Of a stretch of DNA of 64,000 nucleotides, positions 10,086 through 20,100 are shown piece after piece; the first letter of the stretch is position 1, and the number at the start of each line of letters is the position of its first letter. The translations under genes and the position numbers were made by a program. The notes under the pieces are model-generated. The model was not told the DNA's origin, searched no databases, and saw nothing but the letters and a program-made list of their open reading frames with translations. The stretch comes from a virus. The stretch lies in the IMG/VR virus record IMGVR_UViG_3300027742_000001, positions 27,914-91,913 of that record. One strand, 5' to 3'.

Positions 10086-10297
10086 AAAATAATGATAGTA
10101 GATACTTTGTAAGAAAAGTTATAGAAAGTAAATTCAAGAATAATTGTACTTATAATCTTGTTTTAGAAACATTTTTAAATACAAATTATTTAACAGTTAA
10201 TATTGAAAAAGGTGATGAAGTTATTAGAACGATAAATAGTTCAGAAGATAAAGATGATATGATAAAATTAGGAATAGTTTTATTTCAAAGTATTTAA
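10082..10297 (+). CDS. hypothetical protein
   Basis: Translationally coupled ORF. Confidence 0.6.
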   Translation: MKNNDSRYFVRKVIESKFKNNCTYNLVLETFLNTNYLTVNIEKGDEVIRTINSSEDKDDMIKLGIVLFQSI

Positions 10298-10306
10298 GGA
10301 GGATTT

Positions 10307-10450
10307 ATGACTAAAGAAGATACTATAATATCACAACGGAAAGATTATTACCTAGATTATACAAAGTGGTGTAGAGAGAATAATATTTTTCCAATGAGTT
10401 TTTGTAATAGTTGGTTATTACATTTGTATAGAGTAATAAGTAAAAGATAA
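10307..10450 (+). CDS. small hypothetical protein (47 aa)
   Basis: AAGGAGG RBS; MTKEDTIISQRKDYYLDYTKWC... Confidence 0.6.
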   Translation: MTKEDTIISQRKDYYLDYTKWCRENNIFPMSFCNSWLLHLYRVISKR

Positions 10451-10468
10451 TTATTTAAACTAAACCAA

Positions 10469-10493
10469 AAGAGAGGTAGCTAAATCCTCTCTT
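10469..10493. terminator. hairpin between convergent operons
   Basis: aagagagg-9nt-cctctctt, with a T-run on the minus strand after the endolysin. Confidence 0.7.
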
Positions 10494-10500
10494 AAAATTG

Positions 10501-11136
10501 TTACCCTTGAAATTTAATTACATTATATAATTTAATAACTCTATTTAACCAACCTTTTTGGAACTTAATATTAGAAGGTTTATATTCCACAGTTTCTAAT
10601 ATATCATCAACCCTTTCAATAAGTAAAGCATAAGCAATCTCTTGTTCAGAAACCTTTGAAAGAACTTTGTCTAAGGCTTTATATGAGTTAGTACCAACAT
10701 AACCATCAACTTCAATATGTTCTTCTTTAGGTAAATTATTATTAATAATTTTTTGTAAGTTCTTACTTATTCTTTTGAAACCAAAAAGAACAGTTCCATC
10801 AGTTATTATTAAACCTAAATTAAAATCAAATCTTTCATAACCATATTTTTTATAATAGTTTGAGTAATAAAAGTCAGTAACTTTATCTTGAAATTCTACA
10901 TTATTAGAGGTTTCTTTATTTATTTCTGCTGTAGAGTATCCTTTATCTAATAAAGAATCTATGTATTCCCAACCTTCCCATTTTGGGTGGAACTTTCTAG
11001 CAATACCTTGTATAGTCATTCCTCCACTATCTTCAGCTATATTAGAATATCCACCTTCAAATTTATTTATAAAAGAGTGTATCTTTTTAAACTTATCTAA
11101 TTGATTTGTGTTTTCAGTATTTTTAGTGTTTTCCAT
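10501..11136 (-). CDS. endolysin, glycoside hydrolase family 108 with peptidoglycan-binding domain
   Basis: EGGYSNIAEDSGGMT catalytic motif, VDGYVGTNS, FQKGWLNRV C-terminus. Confidence 0.92.
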   Translation of the reverse strand: MENTKNTENTNQLDKFKKIHSFINKFEGGYSNIAEDSGGMTIQGIARKFHPKWEGWEYIDSLLDKGYSTAEINKETSNNVEFQDKVTDFYYSNYYKKYGYERFDFNLGLIITDGTVLFGFKRISKNLQKIINNNLPKEEHIEVDGYVGTNSYKALDKVLSKVSEQEIAYALLIERVDDILETVEYKPSNIKFQKGWLNRVIKLYNVIKFQG

Positions 11137-11155
11137 TTATTTCCCTTATTCATTT

Positions 11156-12574
11156 CTATCTGTATTTGAAGTTTAGCCCCACTACTCTTATATATTGAGT
11201 ATCTGAATTAAAATCTACTGCTACATAACTTGTATTATCAATACCATTCATTAAATCTGTTATATCAAATTCATTTAAGTAACTATTATTTACAAAAAGT
11301 TGTTTATTAGAAACTGTGTTTTCAGTATCATTATATTGTAATCCTATTCCCGATATACTTACTTCAATATCTGCTTGAATATATTCTGTATTATCAGGTA
11401 ATACAACTATTGTACAAGAAACAATTTCATTAAAATCATTAGGTATTTTAATTATAAAATGAGTATCATTGTTAGAACCTAATCTTTCAACATTCCAATT
11501 ACCTACTTCATAAGCATTTCCATTTTTAGGATACATAAAGAATTCTTTTATATCATTTCTTAAACATATACTTTGTACCTCAAAAGCATTTCCATCAACA
11601 GCAATATAAGGAACATCTCCATCACCTAATAACTTAACAGTTCCACTTGAAACAAAGTCAATAGTATAATCTATTTGGAAAGGGTCTATCATAAATAACA
11701 TTGGGGAGTTTTCTATGTCAATAGTATTATCTCCAATAGTAAAGTCATAACCATTATCTCCATAAATACCATCTGAAATATTTCTCCAAGTAGCTTCATT
11801 TGGTAAATATTTTACAACAACATTTCCATTATTAACAGACTTTAATCTAACAGCTACATTATTAACTGCTTCAACAACTTTTAACTTAATTTTATTTATA
11901 ATAATGTTTGAAGTTGAAGGTAACTCAAAACAACAATCATCTTCCATTTCCGTACTATAATCAGGTTGTAGCATTGTATCAGATACTTTTGCTTCTGTAA
12001 CTAATGTAAAAGGTCTTTCTGAAGAGCCATTTTCTTTATCATAAAGGTGTAAAGGAATTAAATATCTATTACCACTTACATTAGAGTAAACACTTGGAAT
12101 ACTTCCTACCTCAGAAAGTTTAACAGAGTTTCCTACTTCGATACTTGCACTTTGTGACCTAAAGGTACTAGCACTCATAACAGTACCATCATCTAAAACT
12201 TCCATACCCGAATCTTCAAAAGACTCTCCTAAAGCAGACTTAACTGGAATATGATTATTTCTAACACCTATTAACTCAGTTGTACTTCCATCTTGACCTT
12301 TAACAGCTATTACAGAAGATAATTTAGCCCATTCACTTTCTACTCTTGCTTGACTTTCTACAATATTTTCTGTACTTTCAGTATAAACTAATTGAATACT
12401 TAATGAAGAATTATTATCATAACTTGCTAACCATGAAGCATTAGCTAAAGCATAATCATCTCTTTCTGTTTCAGCCTCTTCCTTTGTAGAGCCAACTCCA
12501 CCAAATGAGTTAGGAGATTGTCCTAGGTTAAAAGTATTTAGTTGTATATTTTCTCTTGTTTTATATAAAGGCAT
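11156..12574 (-). CDS. putative virion accessory/fiber protein
   Basis: Beta-rich acidic 472-aa protein in the late operon; no specific family recognised. Confidence 0.55.
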   Translation of the reverse strand: MPLYKTRENIQLNTFNLGQSPNSFGGVGSTKEEAETERDDYALANASWLASYDNNSSLSIQLVYTESTENIVESQARVESEWAKLSSVIAVKGQDGSTTELIGVRNNHIPVKSALGESFEDSGMEVLDDGTVMSASTFRSQSASIEVGNSVKLSEVGSIPSVYSNVSGNRYLIPLHLYDKENGSSERPFTLVTEAKVSDTMLQPDYSTEMEDDCCFELPSTSNIIINKIKLKVVEAVNNVAVRLKSVNNGNVVVKYLPNEATWRNISDGIYGDNGYDFTIGDNTIDIENSPMLFMIDPFQIDYTIDFVSSGTVKLLGDGDVPYIAVDGNAFEVQSICLRNDIKEFFMYPKNGNAYEVGNWNVERLGSNNDTHFIIKIPNDFNEIVSCTIVVLPDNTEYIQADIEVSISGIGLQYNDTENTVSNKQLFVNNSYLNEFDITDLMNGIDNTSYVAVDFNSDTQYIRVVGLNFKYR

Positions 12575-12575
12575 T

Positions 12576-12863
12576 TTAGTTTCCTTTCACAACTATTGTA
12601 TCTGTTCCTTCAGAATATAACCAAAGACTTTCCCCTGAGTTATTTTCATAAATTCTATCTTCATAGTCTTCATTATCTAAAGCTGTATCACTTAATATCC
12701 AAAATGGTTGATTTGAACTTGTATTAGGTATAGCAGTAGGAATATCTGTTCCTTCATAAGCCCAAATTCTAGTTCTACCTAGTGTTCTTACTTGATAATT
12801 TAAATCTGTTGTTGCTACTAATGTCCAAGTATCTTTTGGAATTTCTAAACTTGTATACGCCAT
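12576..12863 (-). CDS. small putative virion protein
   Basis: Beta-rich 95-aa protein (IPKDTWTLV...LWLYS) coupled to the 472-aa gene. Confidence 0.55.
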   Translation of the reverse strand: MAYTSLEIPKDTWTLVATTDLNYQVRTLGRTRIWAYEGTDIPTAIPNTSSNQPFWILSDTALDNEDYEDRIYENNSGESLWLYSEGTDTIVVKGN

Positions 12864-12889
12864 AATTAATCCTTTACTATCTTACTATA

Positions 12890-13108
12890 CTATTTACCAC
12901 ATTCTTCTAATTGTAATGATAATTTATATTGTTTTATCATCCAATCATTTACCTCTGAATCTTTTAAATCAAGAATCTTATTTGTAACTTCACTTGAAGG
13001 AATGGGATAAGTAGGGCATATACTATTTATTTTCACCCCACACCCTACTAACATCATCAATACTGATATTAGACTCAGATATTTTATTATATTCTTTAAG
13101 CTTTTCAT
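12890..13108 (-). CDS. o-spanin (Rz1-like lipoprotein)
   Basis: Signal peptide with lipobox LVGC and Pro-rich segment; overlaps the i-spanin in another frame. Confidence 0.8.
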   Translation of the reverse strand: MKSLKNIIKYLSLISVLMMLVGCGVKINSICPTYPIPSSEVTNKILDLKDSEVNDWMIKQYKLSLQLEECGK

Positions 13109-13226
13109 TATCTTCCCTTAATTGTTCGTTTTCGGTATCTTGTTTAGCACTTCTCCAAACAAACAAAAAGGGTAAAACCTCTTTAAGTATATCAAACATT
13201 GTACTTATTAATTTTACCCAATCCAT
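13023..13226 (-). CDS. i-spanin (Rz-like)
   Basis: N-terminal hydrophobic segment plus coiled coil; 3' end overlaps the o-spanin. Confidence 0.7.
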   Translation of the reverse strand: MDWVKLISTMFDILKEVLPFLFVWRSAKQDTENEQLREDNEKLKEYNKISESNISIDDVSRVWGENK

Positions 13227-13235
13227 ATTTTTCCT

Positions 13236-13427
13236 TTATATAGCTAATATATTCTCCAGCTCTTTTACTTTTTCTAAATCTTTTTCAGAAAATTTATAAT
13301 CATTTTCCTTACCTTTAGAGTATTCATTTAAAGCCCATTTAGCATATAACTTTTGGTCTTTGATACTAAAAAAATTTAAGTTCTTTCCATTAGCTAAATC
13401 ATATATTATAGCAGTTAATCTATCCAT
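13236..13427 (-). CDS. hypothetical protein
   Basis: AAGGA RBS; ORF inside the lysis cassette. Confidence 0.65.
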   Translation of the reverse strand: MDRLTAIIYDLANGKNLNFFSIKDQKLYAKWALNEYSKGKENDYKFSEKDLEKVKELENILAI

Positions 13428-13442
13428 AATTTTCCTTTATAT

Positions 13443-13901
13443 TTAATCACACCAAGTTTTAACTTTCTTACCACCGTAGTATTCTATTGCTAAGTTATTC
13501 TTTATTAACTCTTTTGTTAAAGAAACTTTTCCACAATAAGGTTCGGCAACTATTCTAAAATACTTACCTCTTTGGACTTTCTTTAAAATAATACTTTCTT
13601 TACATTGTTTTAAAAAGTTATATGTAAAGTGCATAGCTACTAAAGACATTTCTTTTTCATAAGAGCATTTAGCACCTCTCTTTTCGGGAGTATCTACACC
13701 AAACACTCTTATTGAAATATTATTACCAATTAAGTTAGGGAAAGAGTTTATATTAACTCTAAAAGTATCTCCGTCATATACAGATAAGATTTTATTTACT
13801 TTAATATCTTTATATATTTGTTTCCCTAAAGTGTTGCTTGGTAAGAATATCAATAGTAATATAATTAATATACTACTTAACAGCTTTCTCAGCACTTGCA
13901 C
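13443..13901 (-). CDS. thermonuclease (SNase-like) with signal peptide/membrane anchor
   Basis: VYDGDTF, IRVFGVDTPE, GKYFRIVA, LIKNNLA motifs; hydrophobic N-terminus. Confidence 0.92.
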   Translation of the reverse strand: MQVLRKLLSSILIILLLIFLPSNTLGKQIYKDIKVNKILSVYDGDTFRVNINSFPNLIGNNISIRVFGVDTPEKRGAKCSYEKEMSLVAMHFTYNFLKQCKESIILKKVQRGKYFRIVAEPYCGKVSLTKELIKNNLAIEYYGGKKVKTWCD

Positions 13902-14205
13902 CTACATTCTCAATTTGACCAAGTTTACTTTGAATAAGAGTTTCGATTGAATCACCATATTTTTCAATAACTTTTGGGTCAATTTTATCAATGTATTCTT
14001 TTGCTGTTGCCATTTTTCCTGAGTACTCTATATTCTCAATTTTATTTTTAGCATAAGCCTCTGCAATTTCCTCTGCATAAGATATAGCATTAACAATTAA
14101 TTTCTCAATATCTTCATTTTCAATTTTATCTTTAGCTAATATAACTAAATATCCAAACCCTACACTAAATAGTATTCCAACTATTGTTAATAATAATACT
14201 TCCAT
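13873..14205 (-). CDS. holin, LL-H-like
   Basis: One N-terminal TM, then AISYAEE..GKMATAKEYI...IETLIQS, the LL-H holin pattern. Confidence 0.65.
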   Translation of the reverse strand: MEVLLLTIVGILFSVGFGYLVILAKDKIENEDIEKLIVNAISYAEEIAEAYAKNKIENIEYSGKMATAKEYIDKIDPKVIEKYGDSIETLIQSKLGQIENVGASAEKAVK

Positions 14206-14239
14206 TTTATTTCCTTTTATTTTATTTGTTTAATATTTT

Positions 14240-14965
14240 TTAATACTGTAACTTATTTTTGTCACTTTCCTCAAGAACCTTTTGAAAATCTCTTATGAAC
14301 TCGGTTTCATAATCACTTAATAAAACTTTTAAAGAATCCATTTTAATATTCTTTCTTAAATTAGAAAACAATATTGTACTTACATCTTCAATAAATTTAT
14401 CTTCTAAATAACTTTTCCTAAAATAATTACTTAGAACACCAATCTTTGAGCTAAACTTACTTAGTTTACTATTGAAGTAAAGTACTCTTCTTTGTACATC
14501 TGATTTAATCTTCTTTTTACAGTTAGTTATGTTTTTATCTTTAATACATTCTTGGGGATACCTTGCTGTTAAGAGTTTTTCATAATAAGATAATTCAACA
14601 GAATGGTGTACCTTTAACATATCTGTCATAATAATTACTGCTTGTTCATTATCTAAAGTAACTTTACCTACACTATCTCTTATAAGTTCTATTCTATTAT
14701 CAATGTACTCAAAACTTCTTTCATAATTCTCTTGTAAATTATTTAAAGACCACCAAAGCACAGCTACTATGACAGACATTTCAGCAGTTTTTCTAGCACC
14801 CCACCATATTTGAGACTGTTTTTTATCTTTTTCTTTTTTCTTTTCAACTTGCTCAATTATATTATTTAACATATCTTCTAATAATATATGGTGGTCTTCT
14901 TTTTTCTCTTGGGCTTTTGATAAGTTGAATTTTTCATATTCTGTTATGTTATCTATTTCAGTCAT
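14240..14965 (-). CDS. single-pass membrane protein (T4 T-holin-like topology)
   Basis: Charged N-terminal segment of about 60 aa, one hydrophobic segment (MSVIVAVLWWSL), ~165-aa C-terminal domain with two Cys. Confidence 0.5.
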   Translation of the reverse strand: MTEIDNITEYEKFNLSKAQEKKEDHHILLEDMLNNIIEQVEKKKEKDKKQSQIWWGARKTAEMSVIVAVLWWSLNNLQENYERSFEYIDNRIELIRDSVGKVTLDNEQAVIIMTDMLKVHHSVELSYYEKLLTARYPQECIKDKNITNCKKKIKSDVQRRVLYFNSKLSKFSSKIGVLSNYFRKSYLEDKFIEDVSTILFSNLRKNIKMDSLKVLLSDYETEFIRDFQKVLEESDKNKLQY

Positions 14966-14977
14966 ATTAAGCCTTAA

Positions 14978-15463
14978 TTATATTATTTTTAGTAAGATTT
15001 GTTGAATTGCCTCATATGCTTGTCTATGTATGACTGTTTCTTTTAAAGTTTTTGTTTCAATAAGTTCCCATTCTCTATTAGTAAATATTGTAATTAAGTC
15101 TTGAATAATGTTTCTTATTTCAAGGGGTTTAATATGAATTCTTCTTATACAAGGAAACTTTTCTAATTCATCTTTAAGTTGTTCATATGCACTACATACT
15201 ATAAAAGCTGTTTGCATTTGTAACTTAGATATTTCTTTTATAAGCTCTATTCCATTGACATTAGGCATTTTCATGTCTGTTACAACAACCTTTATAGGTT
15301 TATTACTATTAAGTCTTTCCTTAAAAATATCTAATGCAACTTTTCCATCCTCAGCAGTAACTACATTAAAACCTATTGTTCTAAGTTGCTCTGCTGTTTT
15401 CTCTCTTATTAATACTTCATCTTCAACTAAAAGGATTTCAGTACTTGTTGTTTCTATAATCAT
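14978..15463 (-). CDS. stand-alone response regulator receiver (CheY-like REC) protein
   Basis: ILLVEDE acidic pocket, VTDMKMPNVNG (D63), CSAY (S91), IKP (K112); no output domain. Confidence 0.93.
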   Translation of the reverse strand: MIIETTSTEILLVEDEVLIREKTAEQLRTIGFNVVTAEDGKVALDIFKERLNSNKPIKVVVTDMKMPNVNGIELIKEISKLQMQTAFIVCSAYEQLKDELEKFPCIRRIHIKPLEIRNIIQDLITIFTNREWELIETKTLKETVIHRQAYEAIQQILLKII

Positions 15464-15487
15464 TAGGAATTCCTTATAAAGTAGCTC

Positions 15488-15700
15488 TTACTCAGAAGGT
15501 TCAACATAATCTAATCCTTTAACATCAATATCCCAATATATTAAGTCAAACTCTCCTGCTGGATTAGGTGTATCAGAAATACAAGTACAAGCACTCCCAT
15601 TAAATAAAACCACTTCAGGGGTATAGTATCTTTTACCTGAATCACATCTACCTTTTATTGTACAATCTTTTCTTGCTCTAACATGATTTGCATAAGACAT
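15488..15700 (-). CDS. small Cys-containing hypothetical protein
   Basis: 70 aa, coupled to the fiber chaperone; resembles small carbohydrate-binding-type modules (Y...VV.FNG...C.....GEFD...W). Confidence 0.55.
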   Translation of the reverse strand: MSYANHVRARKDCTIKGRCDSGKRYYTPEVVLFNGSACTCISDTPNPAGEFDLIYWDIDVKGLDYVEPSE

Positions 15701-15703
15701 TTA

Positions 15704-16252
15704 TTACTCCTCTAGTCCAAATATTTCTTCAAATTTTTCTTGCTTAAGTGTTTCTGCATATGTCAATATCTCTTGGAGTTTAATTTTTGTTAACTGAATC
15801 CAATTATCCCCCTCTTTCCAAGGAATATATTCATTTGTTTCATTCCAACCATTCATTTTTTGATTAAGTTTTAGAAGATTTTCTGTTGTAACTTCTATGT
15901 TTACTGTATCACTAAATGGATAGTCTTCTATATCTTCGTTACAATATTTATCATAAGTTATATACTTGTCAGATTTTCCTTTCTGAGTTTTTATAATTTT
16001 TTCTCTTTTTGTCTCATTAAAAATAATAGAATTTGTTTCATCATCCCATTCCCAAGATTCTCTATATTCTGTTGGTATTTCAGTATGTTCTACTATGTGA
16101 TATTTTACATACTCAGGCTGTTTATAAGTCAAAGCTAAATCATCTAATGTTTCAAAGTAATCATTCCAATTACTATTTGGAGTTGAGATTGAAACTGACT
16201 TATTTATTTCTCCATTAATTACTTCTTCGTTTACATATACTATTACTTGCAT
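15704..16252 (-). CDS. tail fiber assembly chaperone-like protein
   Basis: Directly downstream of the fiber; IP.EYRESWEWD and IPWK..DNWIQLT (DUF4376-like) patterns. Confidence 0.65.
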   Translation of the reverse strand: MQVIVYVNEEVINGEINKSVSISTPNSNWNDYFETLDDLALTYKQPEYVKYHIVEHTEIPTEYRESWEWDDETNSIIFNETKREKIIKTQKGKSDKYITYDKYCNEDIEDYPFSDTVNIEVTTENLLKLNQKMNGWNETNEYIPWKEGDNWIQLTKIKLQEILTYAETLKQEKFEEIFGLEE

Positions 16253-16261
16253 TTTATCTCC

Positions 16262-17092
16262 TTAACACACAAACATTACGTTTATATTATTAGCATCACC
16301 AGCTCCTGATGATTGACCTGTTACAATTCTACATTGTGTAGTTGTTTTTAAAGATGGAGCATTCCCTAGTCCTGTACTTTTTAGCCCAAACGATGAAGGA
16401 GAATCATCTTCATTACAACCCGATACAGCATAATCAGCAGTAGGTAAAGCTGTTGCCATATTTATTGTATAATCTCCTGTTCCATTATCTGTAATACTTG
16501 CTACGTTTCCATTATTTCTGATAGCAACTACACCTATACCATTAAAGTTTACCCATGCTCTAATTGCATATATTGGTGCTGTTCCACTTGCATTTAAGGC
16601 TGTTTTTGCTCTTTCATCATTTGTAGTCCATGTAGTCTCTTCGGGTTTATCTTCATATTCTAGTTTACCACTAGATGTCTTATATACTAATATCCTATCA
16701 TTTGCAATATTAGTATCATCTATCTCTTTATCTTTTACTCCCCCTAAAATAATAGAATAGTTTGGTACTGTTGCTATAATATTAGAACCACTTGTTATAC
16801 TTGAAGTTGAAAATTGAATACTAGCCCCATTTAAAGAATCATCTATTATCTTGAAGTTTGTGTCTATAAATTCTGAAGATGAGGATTCTGCTAATTCATC
16901 AATAGCACTTTTTATATTATTACTTGACAACCCACTTGTTGTATTATCATATTCAATATTACTTGCAACTGTGGTACTATCAGTACCTAAACTATCTTCA
17001 ATATATTGTCTAAAATCCTCAATATATGTTTTAAATTGACCTTGGGTTACATCATCTCTCCCAAGGTTATCTGCTTCTATTAATGTACTCAT
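16262..17092 (-). CDS. tail fiber / receptor-binding protein
   Basis: ASNIEYDNTTSGL..NIKSAIDELA repeat; C-terminal RAWVNFNG...NVASITDNGTGDYTINM...ADYAV fiber domain. Confidence 0.8.
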   Translation of the reverse strand: MSTLIEADNLGRDDVTQGQFKTYIEDFRQYIEDSLGTDSTTVASNIEYDNTTSGLSSNNIKSAIDELAESSSSEFIDTNFKIIDDSLNGASIQFSTSSITSGSNIIATVPNYSIILGGVKDKEIDDTNIANDRILVYKTSSGKLEYEDKPEETTWTTNDERAKTALNASGTAPIYAIRAWVNFNGIGVVAIRNNGNVASITDNGTGDYTINMATALPTADYAVSGCNEDDSPSSFGLKSTGLGNAPSLKTTTQCRIVTGQSSGAGDANNINVMFVC

Positions 17093-17132
17093 ATATTTCC
17101 TTTCATTAATACTTTTTAATTACTTAATTAAA

Positions 17133-20100
17133 CTAATTATTAATATACCCTTTTAATCGTATATCTACTAAACCTTCTACTTCACTACCTAAATCATCAA
17201 AACATTTTAAAGTAGCACTTGTATTGGTTTTACTTATTACTTCTACTCGTGTAGCTGTACTTCCTATAAAACTTTGTAGAGTTGCTACTACATTTTTTAA
17301 ATTAGTTATATACTTAGTGTTTATGGTAGTACCTCCTATTAAGATATTTATATCCTCTAAACTTTCATCAATATCTTCTACATCTACAATAATTTTTAAT
17401 GCAGTTATACTTGGTCTAACTGTTCCCTCAATATAACTAACTCTAACTTCATATTGTCTAGTATATTGAACAGGGAAACCTCCTGTATATAAATTCCAAC
17501 CACTTTCTTCATACATCATATCTGAATCTGAACCATAAAAATTAAATACATCATTAGTATACATTGATAAAGGATAATACTCTCGATACTCTATTTTTTG
17601 ACTTGCTGTACCTGAATACTCTATTAAAGCTGTTCCACTTCCATCAGGTATAAAAGAACCAATATAATACATAGGCTCAAATAATCCTTGATAAAAGTTC
17701 TCTCCATTATTTTTATCATAAAAAATATCTGAATCTAAATTATAATAAAAATATGCTGTTGAAGCTTCTGCTAATAAATCATTATTTGGTTGAACAACCC
17801 CTCCATAGATTTCTCCAATAAAACCTTCAGCATGATAATCTTTTTCATAAATAAGATTATCAATAAGAGTTTCTCCTTGGTTAAACTTAATATATTTTAC
17901 ATTTAAACTTTCATTTCCATATACATCAACAGCTTTTATAAGTAAGTTATACTGACCTTGAACTTTTGTAATATCGGCTTTATAAGGTGAGGTTTTAAGT
18001 ATTCCTTCATGTATTTTAGTAGCAGTATTCCAATTTAAAGAATCCCCTACTTGATATTTAATAATATAACCACTTAAGTCAGGTGGCTTATTAATAATAT
18101 CAAATACTAAAGTTTTAACCTCATTAGGTCTTCCACTAATTGTAAATATATCTACATCAGGAGGTAAAATATCATTGCCACTAACTGTATAACTTTGTTC
18201 AATAAAGTTACTTGGATTACCTATTTCTTGAATAAATATTCTATACCTATTTTCAATAAGTCCTGTATTTTCTGATATATAAGAACTCCCTTTTACATTT
18301 TTTCCTAAGTAAATTCTATTATCAGGAATATTAGGTAAAGGAGTTTCATCTTCACTAACAAAATCAGGGATAGCATAGATATTATAGGTACTTGTAGTAA
18401 TTGCTGTCCAAGTAAATGTTAAAGTAATATTTGGGATACCAGCACTTGAAATATTCACATCTTCTGATATATTAAAAGTAAGCAACTCATTTGCAACTTC
18501 TAAAGAAGGAGTTATTGAGGTAATTAAATCATTATTATAATTAAAGTCTAAAATACTTGGGTTATAATCTGTTCCAGTAAACTTTGTACTTAATTCTTTT
18601 CCAGTTCTTTTTACTTCAGTTAATCTTACTAAAAGAGCTTCATTATTATTCTCTCCAAAGATATAACTATTATAAACTTCTATATCAGAAGTATTAGGTA
18701 AAGGTATTGTATAAGTATCTGTTAAATCAGTATCCTCAATATAATAATCTGTAAAAGTATTATCTTGACTTTGTATCTTTAAAACATATACCTTATCAGA
18801 AGTTAAAGTAACAGGTTCTTCTAAAGTAACTTCTGAAGTATCTACTTCTTGAATTCTACCACCATTACCCCATAAAGGAACATCATTTTGAATAGCAACT
18901 ATATCACCTACTTCACAAGTAACTCCTTTAATATCACTTTCCCAAGTGACTGTTCTTCTTTGGTACTTTGTAGTAGCTAACATATATCTACCAAATACAA
19001 TAGCTTCTGCTTTAGTAGTAATACCAACAGCATCTACTGTTGAGGTTTTAGGTGTAACTTTAGTATCATTTAAATCTTTATCAAGAATGGTTACAGCATT
19101 AAGTTCATTTCTAATATCTTCATCAGGATATTGTATTTCTAACTCAGTTGCTAAATCTGATAAAGGAGTATAGCTTATTTGGAAACTTTCTTTTTTAATA
19201 TCTCCAACATTAAACATATTTGTAATAGTTTGTATTCCATCAAAAACACATGTATACTTATTACCCCTAAGTAGTATTTGACCTCTACCTAACTTACCTA
19301 CCTTTTGACAAGCATCCCAAGGATTTGTTAGAGTATCAAAAGTTCCATTAAAGTTTAATTGTAAAGGATGTCCTAACTCTGTTAAGGTAATAAAATCTAT
19401 ACTAGCAAAATCTAATAAGAAATATATGTTAGTAATATTTGTGTCATTAAAATCTGAATTATAATCTTCAAAGGTGAATAAATAAAACTCTCCACCAACA
19501 TCTACACTATCAGTAATATCAATCAACCCATTATAAGAATATAATTCTCCATCATCCTTAGTTAGAGTAATTTGTGATAAACCTCTATTATATGTAGATA
19601 CTTCAATAGAAGTAATTTCTTGAATTATCTCAGATTTATAAACTTTTAATATATTCTCACTAGAATTATAAGTAAGTCTATCTGTACTAAAGGTCTCATC
19701 AGAACTGATAATAGTTTCTTCTCTTATATGTTCTAAATCACAGAAACTAGCCCATTCAACAAATCTATCATAATCAATTTGAGAAGGTTTTATTTTAGCC
19801 CCATAGAAAGGATTAGTTAAAATATCATAACATACCCATGCTGGGTTATTATTTCTCGCTGTTATACTTTCAGTATAAATATCATTAGTATATAATGTCA
19901 AATCTTTTCTAGTTACTTTTGTAGTAATAGTTGGTATAGAACCCTCAATATGCTCAGTTGCTTTTAATTTTAAACCTAACTGTGCGATACCTCCATAATT
20001 AATATCTGTTGTATTTATCTCCTCAATAAAGGAAACTTGCATAGTGGATTTAATATATATTGAACTAGGTATAGAACTCAATCTAGTGACTTTTACTTCA

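Noticed and set aside
14978-15463. Receiver gene as host contamination or a prophage boundary
   Set aside because: It is co-oriented and tightly packed within the phage late operon, with phage genes on both sides and the same base composition.
16262-17092. Diversity-generating retroelement or invertible tail fiber system
   Set aside because: No reverse transcriptase, invertase or duplicated fiber 3' end was seen in the window.
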